Shown one piece after another: positions 18,111-28,510 of a DNA stretch of 64,000 nt (within the stretch, counting starts at the first letter, position 1; every line of letters begins with the position of its first letter). The translations under genes were made by a program, and so were the position numbers. The notes under the pieces are model-generated. The model made no database searches. It had not been told where the DNA came from and saw only the letters and a program-made list of their open reading frames with translations. This DNA comes from Bacteroidales bacterium (GTDB lineage: Bacteria > Bacteroidota > Bacteroidia > Bacteroidales > WCHB1-69), in assembly GCA_017443175.1 (NCBI GenBank), contig JAFSOZ010000005.1, positions 801-64,800 of the forward strand, in the 5' to 3' direction.

Positions 18111-19413
18111 TGTATTGAATTTTGAAATAGACTTGGGTTTTAATGGGGTCGATTTTGTAACGTTGGTCGGAGCGGTAGCCGATTATCCAGACGATATTTT
18201 CATCCATCTTGAGCAGTCGTACCTGCTGTTTGGTGAAACGGTCTATCTTGTGGTCAGTAAAGAAATCGCTCACTTTCTGTTTCCCTTTACCGCCGAGCGG
18301 GTAGAAATAATCGCCCGCTTGCCAGGTGTCAATCGTCATGGGAAACATCAGGTCGTTTTCTGCCAGATAGAGTGTGTGATTGTCGCGGTCGAAATCAATC
18401 TTGCCGTTGTTAGTCAGGCGCTCCACGGTAAAATAGTGTTGCAACTCTTCCATGGAACGAATGGTGATGGGCTGAAAACTTTCGTTGTCGTGCGGGCGGA
18501 TGAGGTATTCTCTGCGGTTGACTAACAGTGTATGTGTGGCCGAATGGTATTGTGTGCCGGTTTGAGGGTCGCGAGCGCACAACTCGTTCGCAATGTCAGC
18601 GGGGAAACCGAAGTCGTCCAGAATCTCATACACAATCAAATCCCTGTGCGGATGGCCTTGGAGGTCGTCAATATGGACAATCACGGTTTCATCCCTCTTT
18701 TCCACTATTTTTTCTTTCTCTTTTTCTATGTAATAATTATAGAAGGCGAGTTGTTTCTGAAGGATTTTGCGGTTATGGGAATATGTGTGGATGAGATTGG
18801 GGTTCTGTGTGGCGAGTAGGGGAATGACGGATTTCCTGATTTTGTTCCGTCGGATGGACTCGTCGTCATTGGTACAGTCGATGGCGAAGGCAATGTTGTG
18901 GCTTTGGGCATAGTTGCGGATCTCTTCGGCGGAAAAAACCAGCATTGGGCGGATGATGTTTCCGTTGCGTTCCGGGATGGAGGCCAAACCTTTGATGCCA
19001 GTGCCTCGGCAGAGGTTGAGCAAGGTGGTCTCCAACGCGTCATCGGCTTGGTGTGCGGTGGCTAAGAAGTCGTAGTTGGCCATGATTTCCGCGAACCAGG
19101 CGTAACGCAATTCGCGGGCCACCATTTCCACGGACTTGCCGGAGTCCTTTTGCAACGCCAAAGTGTCGAATTCTTTCACAAAGATTTCGACATCCCAACG
19201 TTTTGCGAGTTCTTGCACCAGTTGCATATCTTGATTGGAGTCCTCTCCGCGCAGGTGGAAGTTGCAGTGCGCCAGGGCGAAGTTCAGTCCGGATTCGCAA
19301 AACAGTTGCGCCATGACACAGGAGTCGGCCCCCCCGCTGACCGCTAACAAGTAGCGATGTCCGTAGGGGTCGCCTACCAAATGGTTCATCTGTTCGAGAA
19401 ACCGCTTTTTCAT
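18097..19413 (-). CDS. tilS: tRNA(Ile)-lysidine synthetase
   Basis: AVSGGADS, ARELRY, TAHQADD, RNKIR. Confidence 0.96.
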   Translation of the reverse strand: MKKRFLEQMNHLVGDPYGHRYLLAVSGGADSCVMAQLFCESGLNFALAHCNFHLRGEDSNQDMQLVQELAKRWDVEIFVKEFDTLALQKDSGKSVEMVARELRYAWFAEIMANYDFLATAHQADDALETTLLNLCRGTGIKGLASIPERNGNIIRPMLVFSAEEIRNYAQSHNIAFAIDCTNDDESIRRNKIRKSVIPLLATQNPNLIHTYSHNRKILQKQLAFYNYYIEKEKEKIVEKRDETVIVHIDDLQGHPHRDLIVYEILDDFGFPADIANELCARDPQTGTQYHSATHTLLVNRREYLIRPHDNESFQPITIRSMEELQHYFTVERLTNNGKIDFDRDNHTLYLAENDLMFPMTIDTWQAGDYFYPLGGKGKQKVSDFFTDHKIDRFTKQQVRLLKMDENIVWIIGYRSDQRYKIDPIKTQVYFKIQYNGIF

Positions 19414-19416
19414 AGG

Positions 19417-20379
19417 CTAAAGGGGCATGTCGGTTGTGGCGATACTGAAATACCTTCGGATGGTCATCTGCATGTATTCATAACTGCCAAAGGGAACGGT
19501 TTTGGGCTCCTCGCCTTTCTTCATCAGCACCATGCCGCATAGCACGTTCCCCACGTACGGGGTTATGTCGGCGGTGACGGAGAAGCTGAAGTCGTAGCTC
19601 TGGATCAGCACCTGGTTGTAGTTTTGGTAAGTTTCTTCATACAGAATGTTGTTCTCTTCGCAGAAGGATTGCAATCGCTCCATGCACTCGTCCCATGCTT
19701 CAGGTTTTTCGTTGCGGTTGTAGAAAAACACCACGGCATTGTAGTTGGGCAGTGTGTCGGTGTTTTCCACCAGTTCAAAGCGTCCCATGTCGTTGATGAT
19801 GAATTCCTCTACCACGTGGTTTTCACGATGATACCTCTCAGGGTTGTCCATCACTTCTTGGCGCGTGGCCTTGCTCACTGAGCGCACCCACTCGTAATTC
19901 TTGTTCACCACAAAAGAACCGTCAGGCATGCGGAGGGTGTTCCACTCTTCCGTTTCGAGCACGTCGTTGGATTCTTTGGCGATATTGATGGCAACGGGCA
20001 TCAGGTCCAGAATGCGCTGGGTTCCGAAGCCGGAAGTGATGACCAGATACAACCATTCCCGTGACTTGGATTGCATCAGCCATAACTCCTTGCCTTCGGG
20101 CAACCGCTCCACGCAACGAATACCCCATTCCTGCGGGAACTCTACTCTGGCTGTGATTTTGTGTCCTTGATAATCATTATGTTTCTCAAGAAAAGACTCC
20201 ATGAAATCCTCAGAGAGGGGATACAATTCCGTGTTGTCAGCAATATCCGCCCGTAACGTGTCGGCAATGATAGAAACAGGGTATTCTATGGTCTCCTCCT
20301 GTGGATCCTGCTGCTTGTGGCGACAGCTGAACAGGATTATGGGACATAAAAGCATGAAAAACAAGCCGATTTTTCTCAT
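19417..20379 (-). CDS. Hypothetical lipoprotein
   Basis: MRKIG..LFSC lipobox; -7 promoter just upstream supports this start. Confidence 0.75.
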   Translation of the reverse strand: MRKIGLFFMLLCPIILFSCRHKQQDPQEETIEYPVSIIADTLRADIADNTELYPLSEDFMESFLEKHNDYQGHKITARVEFPQEWGIRCVERLPEGKELWLMQSKSREWLYLVITSGFGTQRILDLMPVAINIAKESNDVLETEEWNTLRMPDGSFVVNKNYEWVRSVSKATRQEVMDNPERYHRENHVVEEFIINDMGRFELVENTDTLPNYNAVVFFYNRNEKPEAWDECMERLQSFCEENNILYEETYQNYNQVLIQSYDFSFSVTADITPYVGNVLCGMVLMKKGEEPKTVPFGSYEYMQMTIRRYFSIATTDMPL

Positions 20380-20492
20380 ATAGGTCAATGGTTTTTGGGA
20401 TGGCAAAGATACAAAAGAAAAATTATTCTCAACTTTTGTTAAACTTATGGTATAAATCTGGGTCACACACTTCTCTTTAATCACTACCTCTT

Positions 20493-21821
20493 ATGAAACA
20501 AAGGATATTGATAGCGTGTTACTGCCTCTTGGTCTCCTCCTTGTTCGCCCAAAATGATGGCAGTCAGAACGCTACAGGAAAAACGCAATTTTCGTTAGAA
20601 GATTGTATCAATTATGCAGAAGAAAACAATTATTCATTGCAAACCGCTGGGTTGAACGTCACTTCTTCCGAAATCAGTTTGAAACAGGCCAAAGAAAACA
20701 TTGCCCCTACCATTTCCGCTTCCGCTTCACAGGGCTTGGGCACCAACCATTATCAGAAATCGGTGTCCTGGAACGGCAACTATGGCATCAGTGCAGGCAT
20801 GACACTGTTCAATGGACTTAGCAACTACAATTCCATTAAACAGAGCAAATTGCAGGTAGAGCAGTCGAATCTGGAATTGGAGCAGAGTAAAAACAACATT
20901 CGTGTTGGCATTATCCAGGCCTTTTTGAATATCATGATGAATGAGGACTTGTTGGAATATCAGCAGGAAGTCTTGAAAAGCAGCCAGGAGCAGATGGAAC
21001 AAGGTGAGCAACAATTCAAGGTGGGCCAGATTCTGGAGAGCGACTACAAGATGCTGCAAGCGCAATACACTTCCGACCGTTTCAGCATTGAAAACACTAA
21101 AATCAACATCCAGAACAACTACCTCACCCTCAAGAATCTATTAGCGATAGATCCTGCCAGGGAAATCCGCATTGTCCGTCCTGACAGTGCGACGCTGTTC
21201 CGCAGTCTGGAGATTCCGGGATTGCAGGCGATGATGGAAAAATCCATCAACTACCTGCCGGAGCTGAAGATCAGTCAGAACGACGTTACCAATGCGCAGT
21301 ACAATGTGAAGTTGCAAAAAGCCAACTACTATCCGAGTCTTTCGCTCAACGCGGGCATCAGCACGGGTTACAACAGCAGCAATCTGACAAACAACCCGGG
21401 TTGGGGCACGCAGCTTTGGCATGGTTTGGGTGAGAATGTGGGCCTGAATCTCAATATCCCCATCTATCAACGGAGCTCGGTGCGTCGCAACGTGCAGCAG
21501 GCGGAGTTGCGGGTGCAGCAGGCCGAGCTGAGCCAGAAGGAGACAGAGTATCAGGTGGGTCGCGAACTGCAGCAATACTACCTTGATGTGCTTTCTGCGC
21601 AGAATGATTATATGACGGCGGAAGCTAAAAAAGATGCGTACGAGGCCAACTACAACGCCTACAGTTTCAAATTCAAATATGGCGCTGTGACCGCTGTGGA
21701 TCTGATACAGCAACAGACCAATTATCTGAACCAATTGAACAATTACATGCAGGCCAAATACACATTCGTTTTGAAGCGTAAAATTCTGGACGTGATGATG
21801 GGCGAACCGGTGAGGTTGTAA
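20493..21821 (+). CDS. TolC family outer-membrane efflux protein
   Basis: SLEDCINYA, TLFNG, YYPSLSL, LNIPIY. Confidence 0.92.
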   Translation: MKQRILIACYCLLVSSLFAQNDGSQNATGKTQFSLEDCINYAEENNYSLQTAGLNVTSSEISLKQAKENIAPTISASASQGLGTNHYQKSVSWNGNYGISAGMTLFNGLSNYNSIKQSKLQVEQSNLELEQSKNNIRVGIIQAFLNIMMNEDLLEYQQEVLKSSQEQMEQGEQQFKVGQILESDYKMLQAQYTSDRFSIENTKINIQNNYLTLKNLLAIDPAREIRIVRPDSATLFRSLEIPGLQAMMEKSINYLPELKISQNDVTNAQYNVKLQKANYYPSLSLNAGISTGYNSSNLTNNPGWGTQLWHGLGENVGLNLNIPIYQRSSVRRNVQQAELRVQQAELSQKETEYQVGRELQQYYLDVLSAQNDYMTAEAKKDAYEANYNAYSFKFKYGAVTAVDLIQQQTNYLNQLNNYMQAKYTFVLKRKILDVMMGEPVRL

Positions 21822-21897
21822 GGGTGAATGGGGTGCATGAGGTACAAGAGGTGAATGGGGTACATGAGGTGAATGGGGTGAAAATGGGAATAGGAAA
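21822..21897. repeat. 9-bp tandem repeat array (TGGGGTRAA orientation)
   Basis: tggggtgca/tgaggtaca/agaggtgaa/tggggtaca/tgaggtgaa/tggggtgaa directly after tolC stop. Confidence 0.85.
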
Positions 21898-21917
21898 ATG
21901 TTAAATACATAAATAAA

Positions 21918-23156
21918 ATGAAAAAATCAAAAAAAATCTGGTGGATTATAGGTGTTATAGCAGTGGTGATTGTCGCGCTGATTGTGATATTCGCCGTTAA
22001 GAAAGGCAAGCATGCCGAGATGCAGATCAACACGGTGCGGAGCACAATGGACAGTATTGAGGTGACGGTGACCGCCACCGGAGAACTGCAACCTGTCTAT
22101 AAAGTGGATGTGGGTACGCAGGTGTCTGGCATAGTGGAACACATCTACGTGGATTTCAATTCCGTGGTGAAGAAAGGACAACTGTTGGCCGAATTGGACC
22201 GTTCCAATCTCAACGAACAACTGACGCAGGCGCAGACCAGCGTGTCGAATGCCAAGAGCAACCTTACGCTGGCGCAACAGCAATATGATCGAATCAAGGC
22301 GTTGTACGACAACAAGGCTGCCACGCAGGAGTCGTACGAGTCGGCGGTAAACTCGCTGAACTTGGCCAAAAACCAGCTCAAGACGGCACAGTCGGAGTTG
22401 TCGCGAGCGCAGACCAACCTCTCATACGCCACCATTTATTCGCCTATTGACGGCGTGATTATGGACAAGGCTGTGGAGGAGGGCCAAACGGTGGCTTCTT
22501 CGTTCAGCACCCCCACCTTGTTCACCATTGCCAACGACCTGACCCAGATGCAGGTGGAAGCCGCCGTGGATGAAGCTGATATCGGCGAGGTGAAGGCTGG
22601 CCAGCCCGTAACGTTCACTGTGGATGCCTTCCCGGACGATGTCTTCACAGGCACCGTGCGCGAGGTCCGCATCAACCCGACTGTAACCTCCAATGTGGTC
22701 ACTTACACGGTCATCATCAATGCCCCGAATCCTGAAACCAAGCTGTTTCCCGGCATGACCGCCAATGTTACCATCGTCACCAAGAAGGAGAGCGGCATTT
22801 GCATTCCCATGACCGCGCTATATACCTCTGTTGATCCTACTGTGCAGAAACAACTTGAGAAAAAAGGATACACCTTCAAGTCGTTGTATAAGAATCAGGA
22901 AGAACTCGCCCAGGGTTTGAAGGACATTACCAAAAAGAACATTTGGGTGAAGAAAGGTGACAAGACCTACGAGCAAATGAGTGTGACCACGGGTTTGAAC
23001 AACGGCGTGAAAACGTTGATTATGGATGGTTTGCGTGAGGGTGATGAAGTAATCGTGAGCATCAGTGAAGCAATGAACGGAATGCCGACCGACAAAGGTT
23101 CAGAAAACGGTAACAATCCGTTCATGCCAGGACCTCCCCAAAGAAAGAGCAGATAA
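21918..23156 (+). CDS. Efflux periplasmic adaptor (MacA-like)
   Basis: VGTQVSG, SPIDG, GQTVAS, VDEADIG. Confidence 0.93.
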   Translation: MKKSKKIWWIIGVIAVVIVALIVIFAVKKGKHAEMQINTVRSTMDSIEVTVTATGELQPVYKVDVGTQVSGIVEHIYVDFNSVVKKGQLLAELDRSNLNEQLTQAQTSVSNAKSNLTLAQQQYDRIKALYDNKAATQESYESAVNSLNLAKNQLKTAQSELSRAQTNLSYATIYSPIDGVIMDKAVEEGQTVASSFSTPTLFTIANDLTQMQVEAAVDEADIGEVKAGQPVTFTVDAFPDDVFTGTVREVRINPTVTSNVVTYTVIINAPNPETKLFPGMTANVTIVTKKESGICIPMTALYTSVDPTVQKQLEKKGYTFKSLYKNQEELAQGLKDITKKNIWVKKGDKTYEQMSVTTGLNNGVKTLIMDGLREGDEVIVSISEAMNGMPTDKGSENGNNPFMPGPPQRKSR

Positions 23157-23158
23157 TT

Positions 23159-23902
23159 ATGGCCAAAGATATTTTAAAAGTAGAAAAGTTGGAGCGTATT
23201 TTCCGTGTGGGCAGTGAGGATGTGCACGCGTTGCGCGGCATCTCCTTTTCCATCACGGAGGGCGAGTTCGTGAGCATCATGGGCACCAGCGGCTCGGGCA
23301 AATCCACTTTGCTGAACATTCTGGGTTGTCTGGACACGCCAAGTGCCGGCGACTACATCATTGATGGAGTTTCTATCAAGGATTTGAGCAAAAATGAGTT
23401 ATCGACATTGCGCAACCGTAAAATCGGATTTGTGTTCCAGAACTACAATCTGTTGGCGCGCACCACGGCTATTGAGAATGTGGAGTTGCCGTTGTTTTAC
23501 AATAATTCCGTGCCGGCCAAGGAGCGTCGCGAGCGCGCGGAGGCCGCCCTCAAGTTAGTGGGTTTGGAGAACCGCAAGGAGCACATGCCCAACCAGCTCT
23601 CCGGTGGTCAGCAGCAGCGTGTGGCCATCGCCCGCGCGCTGGTCAACGACCCTGTGATTCTGCTGGCCGACGAGGCTACCGGAAATCTGGATACCCGTAC
23701 CTCTTACGAAATCATGAGCCTGTTCCAGGACCTGCACAGCCAGGGCAAGACCATCGCGTTCGTCACGCACGAGCCTGACATCGCGACCTTTACCACCCGC
23801 AAGATCAAGCTGCGCGACGGACAGATTATAGAGGATGCGCCCATTGACACCCAGTCGGCCGCCGAAGCACTGGCTGCCCTTAACCTCCAAAAAGAAGACT
23901 AA
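23159..23902 (+). CDS. ABC transporter ATP-binding protein (MacB-type NBD)
   Basis: GTSGSGKST, LSGGQQQR, ADEATGNLD. Confidence 0.95.
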   Translation: MAKDILKVEKLERIFRVGSEDVHALRGISFSITEGEFVSIMGTSGSGKSTLLNILGCLDTPSAGDYIIDGVSIKDLSKNELSTLRNRKIGFVFQNYNLLARTTAIENVELPLFYNNSVPAKERRERAEAALKLVGLENRKEHMPNQLSGGQQQRVAIARALVNDPVILLADEATGNLDTRTSYEIMSLFQDLHSQGKTIAFVTHEPDIATFTTRKIKLRDGQIIEDAPIDTQSAAEALAALNLQKED

Positions 23903-23905
23903 GCT

Positions 23906-25126
23906 ATGAATATCGGAAATCTCATCAAAATAGCCATCAGCTCGCTGTTCCGCAACAAGATGCGCACCGCCCTCACCATGCTCGGCATTGTGATCGGTAT
24001 CGCTTCCGTCATTGCCATGGTCAGCATTGGTCAGGCCTCCACGCAAAGCGTGCGAGGGGAACTCTCCTCCATGGGCTCCAACATGATCATGATTATGCCC
24101 GCCCGCCAAAACCGTGGTGGCGTGGATATGGGTATGTCTTCTTCCAAAACCCTGGACAATAAAGATTTGGAGGCTTTGACCAAAAACACCCGCTATGTGG
24201 CTGCCGTCTCTCCTGTGGTCAGCAGCAACAAACAGTTGATATATGGAAACAACAACCACAGTTGTTCCATCAATGGAGTTTCTGCCGCCTTTCTTGAGAT
24301 TCGGAAATATGAATTGAAAGAAGGAGTGATGTTCACCGATGAGGATGTGAAACGCTATAATAAGGTCTGTGTCATCGGGCAGACAGTAGTGGACAAGCTC
24401 TTCACCAATGGAGAAAATCCCATCGGCAAGACCATCCGGTTCGGATCTATTCCCATGACGGTCATCGGCGTTTTGGCCGAAAAAGGACAAAGCGGCATGG
24501 GTGACGACCAGGATGACATTGTGTTTGCGCCCTATACTACCATTCAGAAAAGGTTTTTAGGCATTACCTATTTCAACATGATGTATGCCTCCGCCACTTC
24601 GGAAGAGGAATCGGAATTGGCCGCCACCGAAATCACTTACATCTTGCGCAACACGCACGGCATCAAATCTGGAGCCAGCGATGATTTCGACATACGCACG
24701 CAGGAGGAGCTGGTTTCCACCATAAGCTCTATCACAGGCTTAATGACCACTTTACTGGCCGCCATAGCCTCCATCTCTTTGGTGGTGGGTGGTATCGGCA
24801 TCATGAACATCATGTACGTGACCGTCACGGAGCGCACCAAAGAAATCGGTTTGCGCATGGCTATCGGCGCGCACAATCGCGACATCAAGTTGCAGTTTCT
24901 GTGCGAGAGTGTGATTTTGAGCTTGATTGGTGGCGTCATCGGCATCATATTCGGTTTGATTATCTCGTATGTGGCCTCCAAACTGTTGAACATGCCATTC
25001 GTGGTGAGCGAGATGGCCATCGTTGCCTCTTTCTTCGTGTGTGCGCTCACGGGTATCTTCTTCGGCTGGTATCCCGCCAAGAAGGCAGCCAATATGGATC
25101 CGATTTCCGCACTGAGGTACGAATAG
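23906..25126 (+). CDS. MacB-type ABC permease
   Basis: LTMLGIVIG, GGIGIMNIM, ERTKEIG, YPAKKAA. Confidence 0.95.
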   Translation: MNIGNLIKIAISSLFRNKMRTALTMLGIVIGIASVIAMVSIGQASTQSVRGELSSMGSNMIMIMPARQNRGGVDMGMSSSKTLDNKDLEALTKNTRYVAAVSPVVSSNKQLIYGNNNHSCSINGVSAAFLEIRKYELKEGVMFTDEDVKRYNKVCVIGQTVVDKLFTNGENPIGKTIRFGSIPMTVIGVLAEKGQSGMGDDQDDIVFAPYTTIQKRFLGITYFNMMYASATSEEESELAATEITYILRNTHGIKSGASDDFDIRTQEELVSTISSITGLMTTLLAAIASISLVVGGIGIMNIMYVTVTERTKEIGLRMAIGAHNRDIKLQFLCESVILSLIGGVIGIIFGLIISYVASKLLNMPFVVSEMAIVASFFVCALTGIFFGWYPAKKAANMDPISALRYE

Positions 25127-25198
25127 GCACTCTTTGTTTTTCGTTGTCCAAAAGTCGTTGAAAATTCCTATCTTTGCAGCCCATAACTGGTTTTTTCA

Positions 25199-25993
25199 AT
25201 GAAGCAATATCAAGACCTACTTCGCACCATTCTGGAGACAGGAGCCTATAAGTCGGACCGTACTGGCACGGGCACCTACAGCATTTTCGGATATCAGATG
25301 CGCTTTGACTTGTCACAGGGTTTCCCGCTGCTGACGACCAAGAAGTTGCACCTGCGTTCCATCATCTATGAACTGCTTTGGTTCTTGCAAGGAGATACCA
25401 ATATCAAGTATCTGAAAGACCATGGCGTATCTATCTGGGACGAGTGGGCCGATCCGAACGGTGACCTTGGACCTATTTACGGACACCAGTGGCGCTCGTG
25501 GGGCACACCCGATGGAGGCAAGGTAGATCAAATTACGCAATTGATTGAGCAAATCAAGACAAATCCAGACTCGCGCAGACTCATGGTGTGTGCTTGGAAT
25601 GTGGGTGAGATTGACAAGATGGCCCTGCCGCCCTGCCACGTGCTGTTCCAGTTCTATGTGAACAATGGTGAAATTTCGCTTCAGCTCTACCAACGCAGTG
25701 CGGATGTGTTTTTGGGCGTGCCGTTCAACATTGCCTCTTACACTCTCTTGCTGATGATGGTGGCCCAGGTGTGCGGCCTCAAACCCAAAGAGTTTGTACA
25801 CACGTTGGGCGACGCGCACATCTACTCCAACCATGTGGAACAGGCCAAGCTGCAATTGTCGCGTGACCCGCGGCCCCTGCCCACCATGCGCATCAACCCT
25901 GAGGTGAAAGATATCTTCTCTTTCCAGTATGAAGATTTCCAACTGGAGAATTACGACCCGCACCCGCATATCAAAGCCGACGTGGCGGTTTAG
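25199..25993 (+). CDS. thyA: Thymidylate synthase
   Basis: [25 protein letters not shown]; promoter TATCTTTG 25169-25176. Confidence 0.98.
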   Translation: MKQYQDLLRTILETGAYKSDRTGTGTYSIFGYQMRFDLSQGFPLLTTKKLHLRSIIYELLWFLQGDTNIKYLKDHGVSIWDEWADPNGDLGPIYGHQWRSWGTPDGGKVDQITQLIEQIKTNPDSRRLMVCAWNVGEIDKMALPPCHVLFQFYVNNGEISLQLYQRSADVFLGVPFNIASYTLLLMMVAQVCGLKPKEFVHTLGDAHIYSNHVEQAKLQLSRDPRPLPTMRINPEVKDIFSFQYEDFQLENYDPHPHIKADVAV

Positions 25994-26059
25994 TTTTCTC
26001 CGAACAATAAAAAGAACATTATTCAGTTATCATATCAGTTTTCACAAAACTACAGTATT

Positions 26060-27253
26060 ATGAAATCCATAGACCAATACAATTTCAGCAACCAAAAAGC
26101 ACTCATCCGTGTGGACTATAATGTTCCATTGGATGACAATTTCAATGTAACGGACGCCACCCGTATCATCCGCACAAAAGAGACTGTCGGCAAAATCCTG
26201 AACGATGGTGGTACCGTGATTCTGATGTCGCATCTGGGTCGTCCCAAAGGGGAAGTCAACGACAAATACTCCCTGCGTCACATTGTCAGCAAGGTTTCTG
26301 AAATTTTAGGTCAAGAGGTGGTTTTCGCCGGCGACGTGCTGGATGACAATACTGCTAATGTAATCGCCGGTTTGAAGCCCGGTTCCATTGCCTTGTTGGA
26401 GAATCTGCGTTTCCATGCAGAAGAAGAGAAGGGCGATGTGGAATTCGCTAAATCCATTGCCCGTTTAGGCGATGTTTATGTGAACGATGCCTTCGGTACC
26501 GCGCACCGCGAGCACGCCTCCACGGCCACCATCGCGCAATTCTTCCCTGGAAAAGCTTTTGCCGGTTATCTGCTTTACAACGAAGTGATGAGTCTGGAAA
26601 CCGTGCTGAACGGTGGCGAGAAACCCTTCACGGCCATTATCGGCGGTTCCAAGGTTTCTACCAAAATCAACATCATCACCAACCTGCTGCCCAAGGTTGA
26701 CAACCTCATCGTGGGTGGTGGTCTGAGTTACACGTTCCTAGCCGCCATGGGTTACACCATCGGCAACTCGCTGTTCGAGCCCGACATGCTGCCCGTGGCC
26801 AAGGAGATTCTCGATCAGGTGAAGGCCTCCGGCAAGAACTTCTACTGCCGTTTGGATACCATCTGCGGCGACAAGTTCGGCGATGATGCCAACGTGTTGG
26901 TTACGGAAGATAACAATATCCCCGACAATTGGGAAGGTTTGGACATCGGTCCGAAGACCCAGCGCAGTTTCGCACAGGTCTTGCGTGAATCCAAGACCAT
27001 CCTCTGGAACGGTCCGGTGGGCGTGTTCGAGCTGGAGAAATTCAGCAAGGGCACCAAGGCAGTGGCCGTGAGCGTGGCTGCGGCCACGTTAGCTGGTGCA
27101 TATTCTGTCATTGGTGGAGGAGACTCTATCGCGGCGGTCAACAAATACGACCTCGCCGATTTCGTGTCCTACATCAGCACCGGCGGTGGCGCCATGTTGG
27201 AATACCTCGAAGGCAAGGAATTGCCCGGCGTGAAAGCGTTGAACAGGGAATAG
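26060..27253 (+). CDS. pgk: Phosphoglycerate kinase
   Basis: RVDYNVP, SHLGRP, NDAFGTAHR, ISTGGGA. Confidence 0.98.
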   Translation: MKSIDQYNFSNQKALIRVDYNVPLDDNFNVTDATRIIRTKETVGKILNDGGTVILMSHLGRPKGEVNDKYSLRHIVSKVSEILGQEVVFAGDVLDDNTANVIAGLKPGSIALLENLRFHAEEEKGDVEFAKSIARLGDVYVNDAFGTAHREHASTATIAQFFPGKAFAGYLLYNEVMSLETVLNGGEKPFTAIIGGSKVSTKINIITNLLPKVDNLIVGGGLSYTFLAAMGYTIGNSLFEPDMLPVAKEILDQVKASGKNFYCRLDTICGDKFGDDANVLVTEDNNIPDNWEGLDIGPKTQRSFAQVLRESKTILWNGPVGVFELEKFSKGTKAVAVSVAAATLAGAYSVIGGGDSIAAVNKYDLADFVSYISTGGGAMLEYLEGKELPGVKALNRE

Positions 27254-27361
27254 GGTTCAGGGAACAGGGTACAGTAAGTTTTGTTACCCCATGTACCTCA
27301 TTTACCTCATTTACCCCATGCACCCCATGCACCCCATTCACCCCTTTTACCTCATGCACCT
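27242..27361. repeat. 7-bp (AGGGWWC) array overlapping pgk stop, followed by 9-bp TTYACCYCA array
   Basis: agggaat agggttc agggaac agggtac; tgtacctca tttacctca tttacccca tgcacccca tgcacccca ttcacccct tttacctca. Confidence 0.85.
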
Positions 27362-27394
27362 TTTGTATTAATTTCAAAATTTAAACAATCGCTA

Positions 27395-28489
27395 ATGATC
27401 AATCCCAATTATTATTGCGTCATCATGGCTGGTGGCATTGGTGCCCGTTTCTGGCCGATGAGCAACAGCACAACCCCTAAGCAGTTCATTGACATTCTCG
27501 GTGAGGGGCAGACCTTGATTCAGAAGACGTTTCATCGTTTCACCCAGATTTGCCCGAAAGAAAACATCTATATCGTTACCAGTAAGAATTATAGAGACAT
27601 CACGTTGGAGCAATTGCCGGAGATTTCGGAAAACCAGGTGATTCTGGAACCCTATCGCCGCAATACTGCACCATGCATCGCGTACGCCAACTACAAGATT
27701 AAAAAGCAAAATCCCAATGCGGTAATTGTGGTGGCCCCTTCCGATCATGTGATTCTGAAAGAGGATGTTTTCACACGCGTTATTGAGCAGGGTCTTGATG
27801 CTGTGTCGTCCAACGACTGGTTGCTCACCATCGGCATCCGTCCCTCTTCGCCCAACACCGGCTACGGCTATATCCAATACGACGAAGACAAGAGCTACGA
27901 CAAGAATGCCACCATCTATGCGGTGAAAACCTTTACGGAGAAACCGGAACTTGAGATGGCCAAGAGTTTCCTCGAGAGCGGAGACTTCCTCTGGAATGCC
28001 GGCATTTTCATGTGGTCATTGTCTTCCATCGAAAAAGCTTTCGAGCAATATCTTCCCGAGGTCAACGATCTGTTCAAACAGGGTGAGGATTTGTTCAATA
28101 CGGACAAAGAACAAGAGTTTGTGGACCAGATCTATCAAATCTGCAAGAATATCTCCATTGACTACGGCATTATGGAGAAAGCCAAGAACGTGAAAGTGTA
28201 TGCCGCCGATTTTGGTTGGTCGGACTTGGGTACGTGGGGTTCGCTATACGAGCTTCGCAAGAAAGACCAGAACCGAAACGCCATTACGGGAAATCATGTC
28301 AAAACATACGACACTAACCGTTGTATCATCAATGCACCCAAAAACAAGGTGGTGGTGGTCCAAGGTTTGGAGGACTACATTGTGGTGGACAATGGCGATG
28401 TGCTGCTGATCTGCAAGAAATCGGAAGAGCAGCAGATACGGCAATATGTGGCCAATGTGCAGGTTGATTTCGGTAACAAATACGTATAA
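27395..28489 (+). CDS. manC: Mannose-1-phosphate guanylyltransferase
   Basis: IMAGGIGARFWP, PKQF, FTEKP, WSDLG; upstream ORF extension is translated repeat. Confidence 0.92.
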   Translation: MINPNYYCVIMAGGIGARFWPMSNSTTPKQFIDILGEGQTLIQKTFHRFTQICPKENIYIVTSKNYRDITLEQLPEISENQVILEPYRRNTAPCIAYANYKIKKQNPNAVIVVAPSDHVILKEDVFTRVIEQGLDAVSSNDWLLTIGIRPSSPNTGYGYIQYDEDKSYDKNATIYAVKTFTEKPELEMAKSFLESGDFLWNAGIFMWSLSSIEKAFEQYLPEVNDLFKQGEDLFNTDKEQEFVDQIYQICKNISIDYGIMEKAKNVKVYAADFGWSDLGTWGSLYELRKKDQNRNAITGNHVKTYDTNRCIINAPKNKVVVVQGLEDYIVVDNGDVLLICKKSEEQQIRQYVANVQVDFGNKYV

Positions 28490-28510
28490 ACAGGTTATAG
28501 AATTCATCCT

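Noticed and set aside
27281-27394. Pro/His-rich N-terminus of ManC; similar ORFs at 356-559, 5250-5744, 27174-27377, 59475-59958
   Set aside because: These are translations of 9-bp and 7-bp repeat arrays, not credible proteins.
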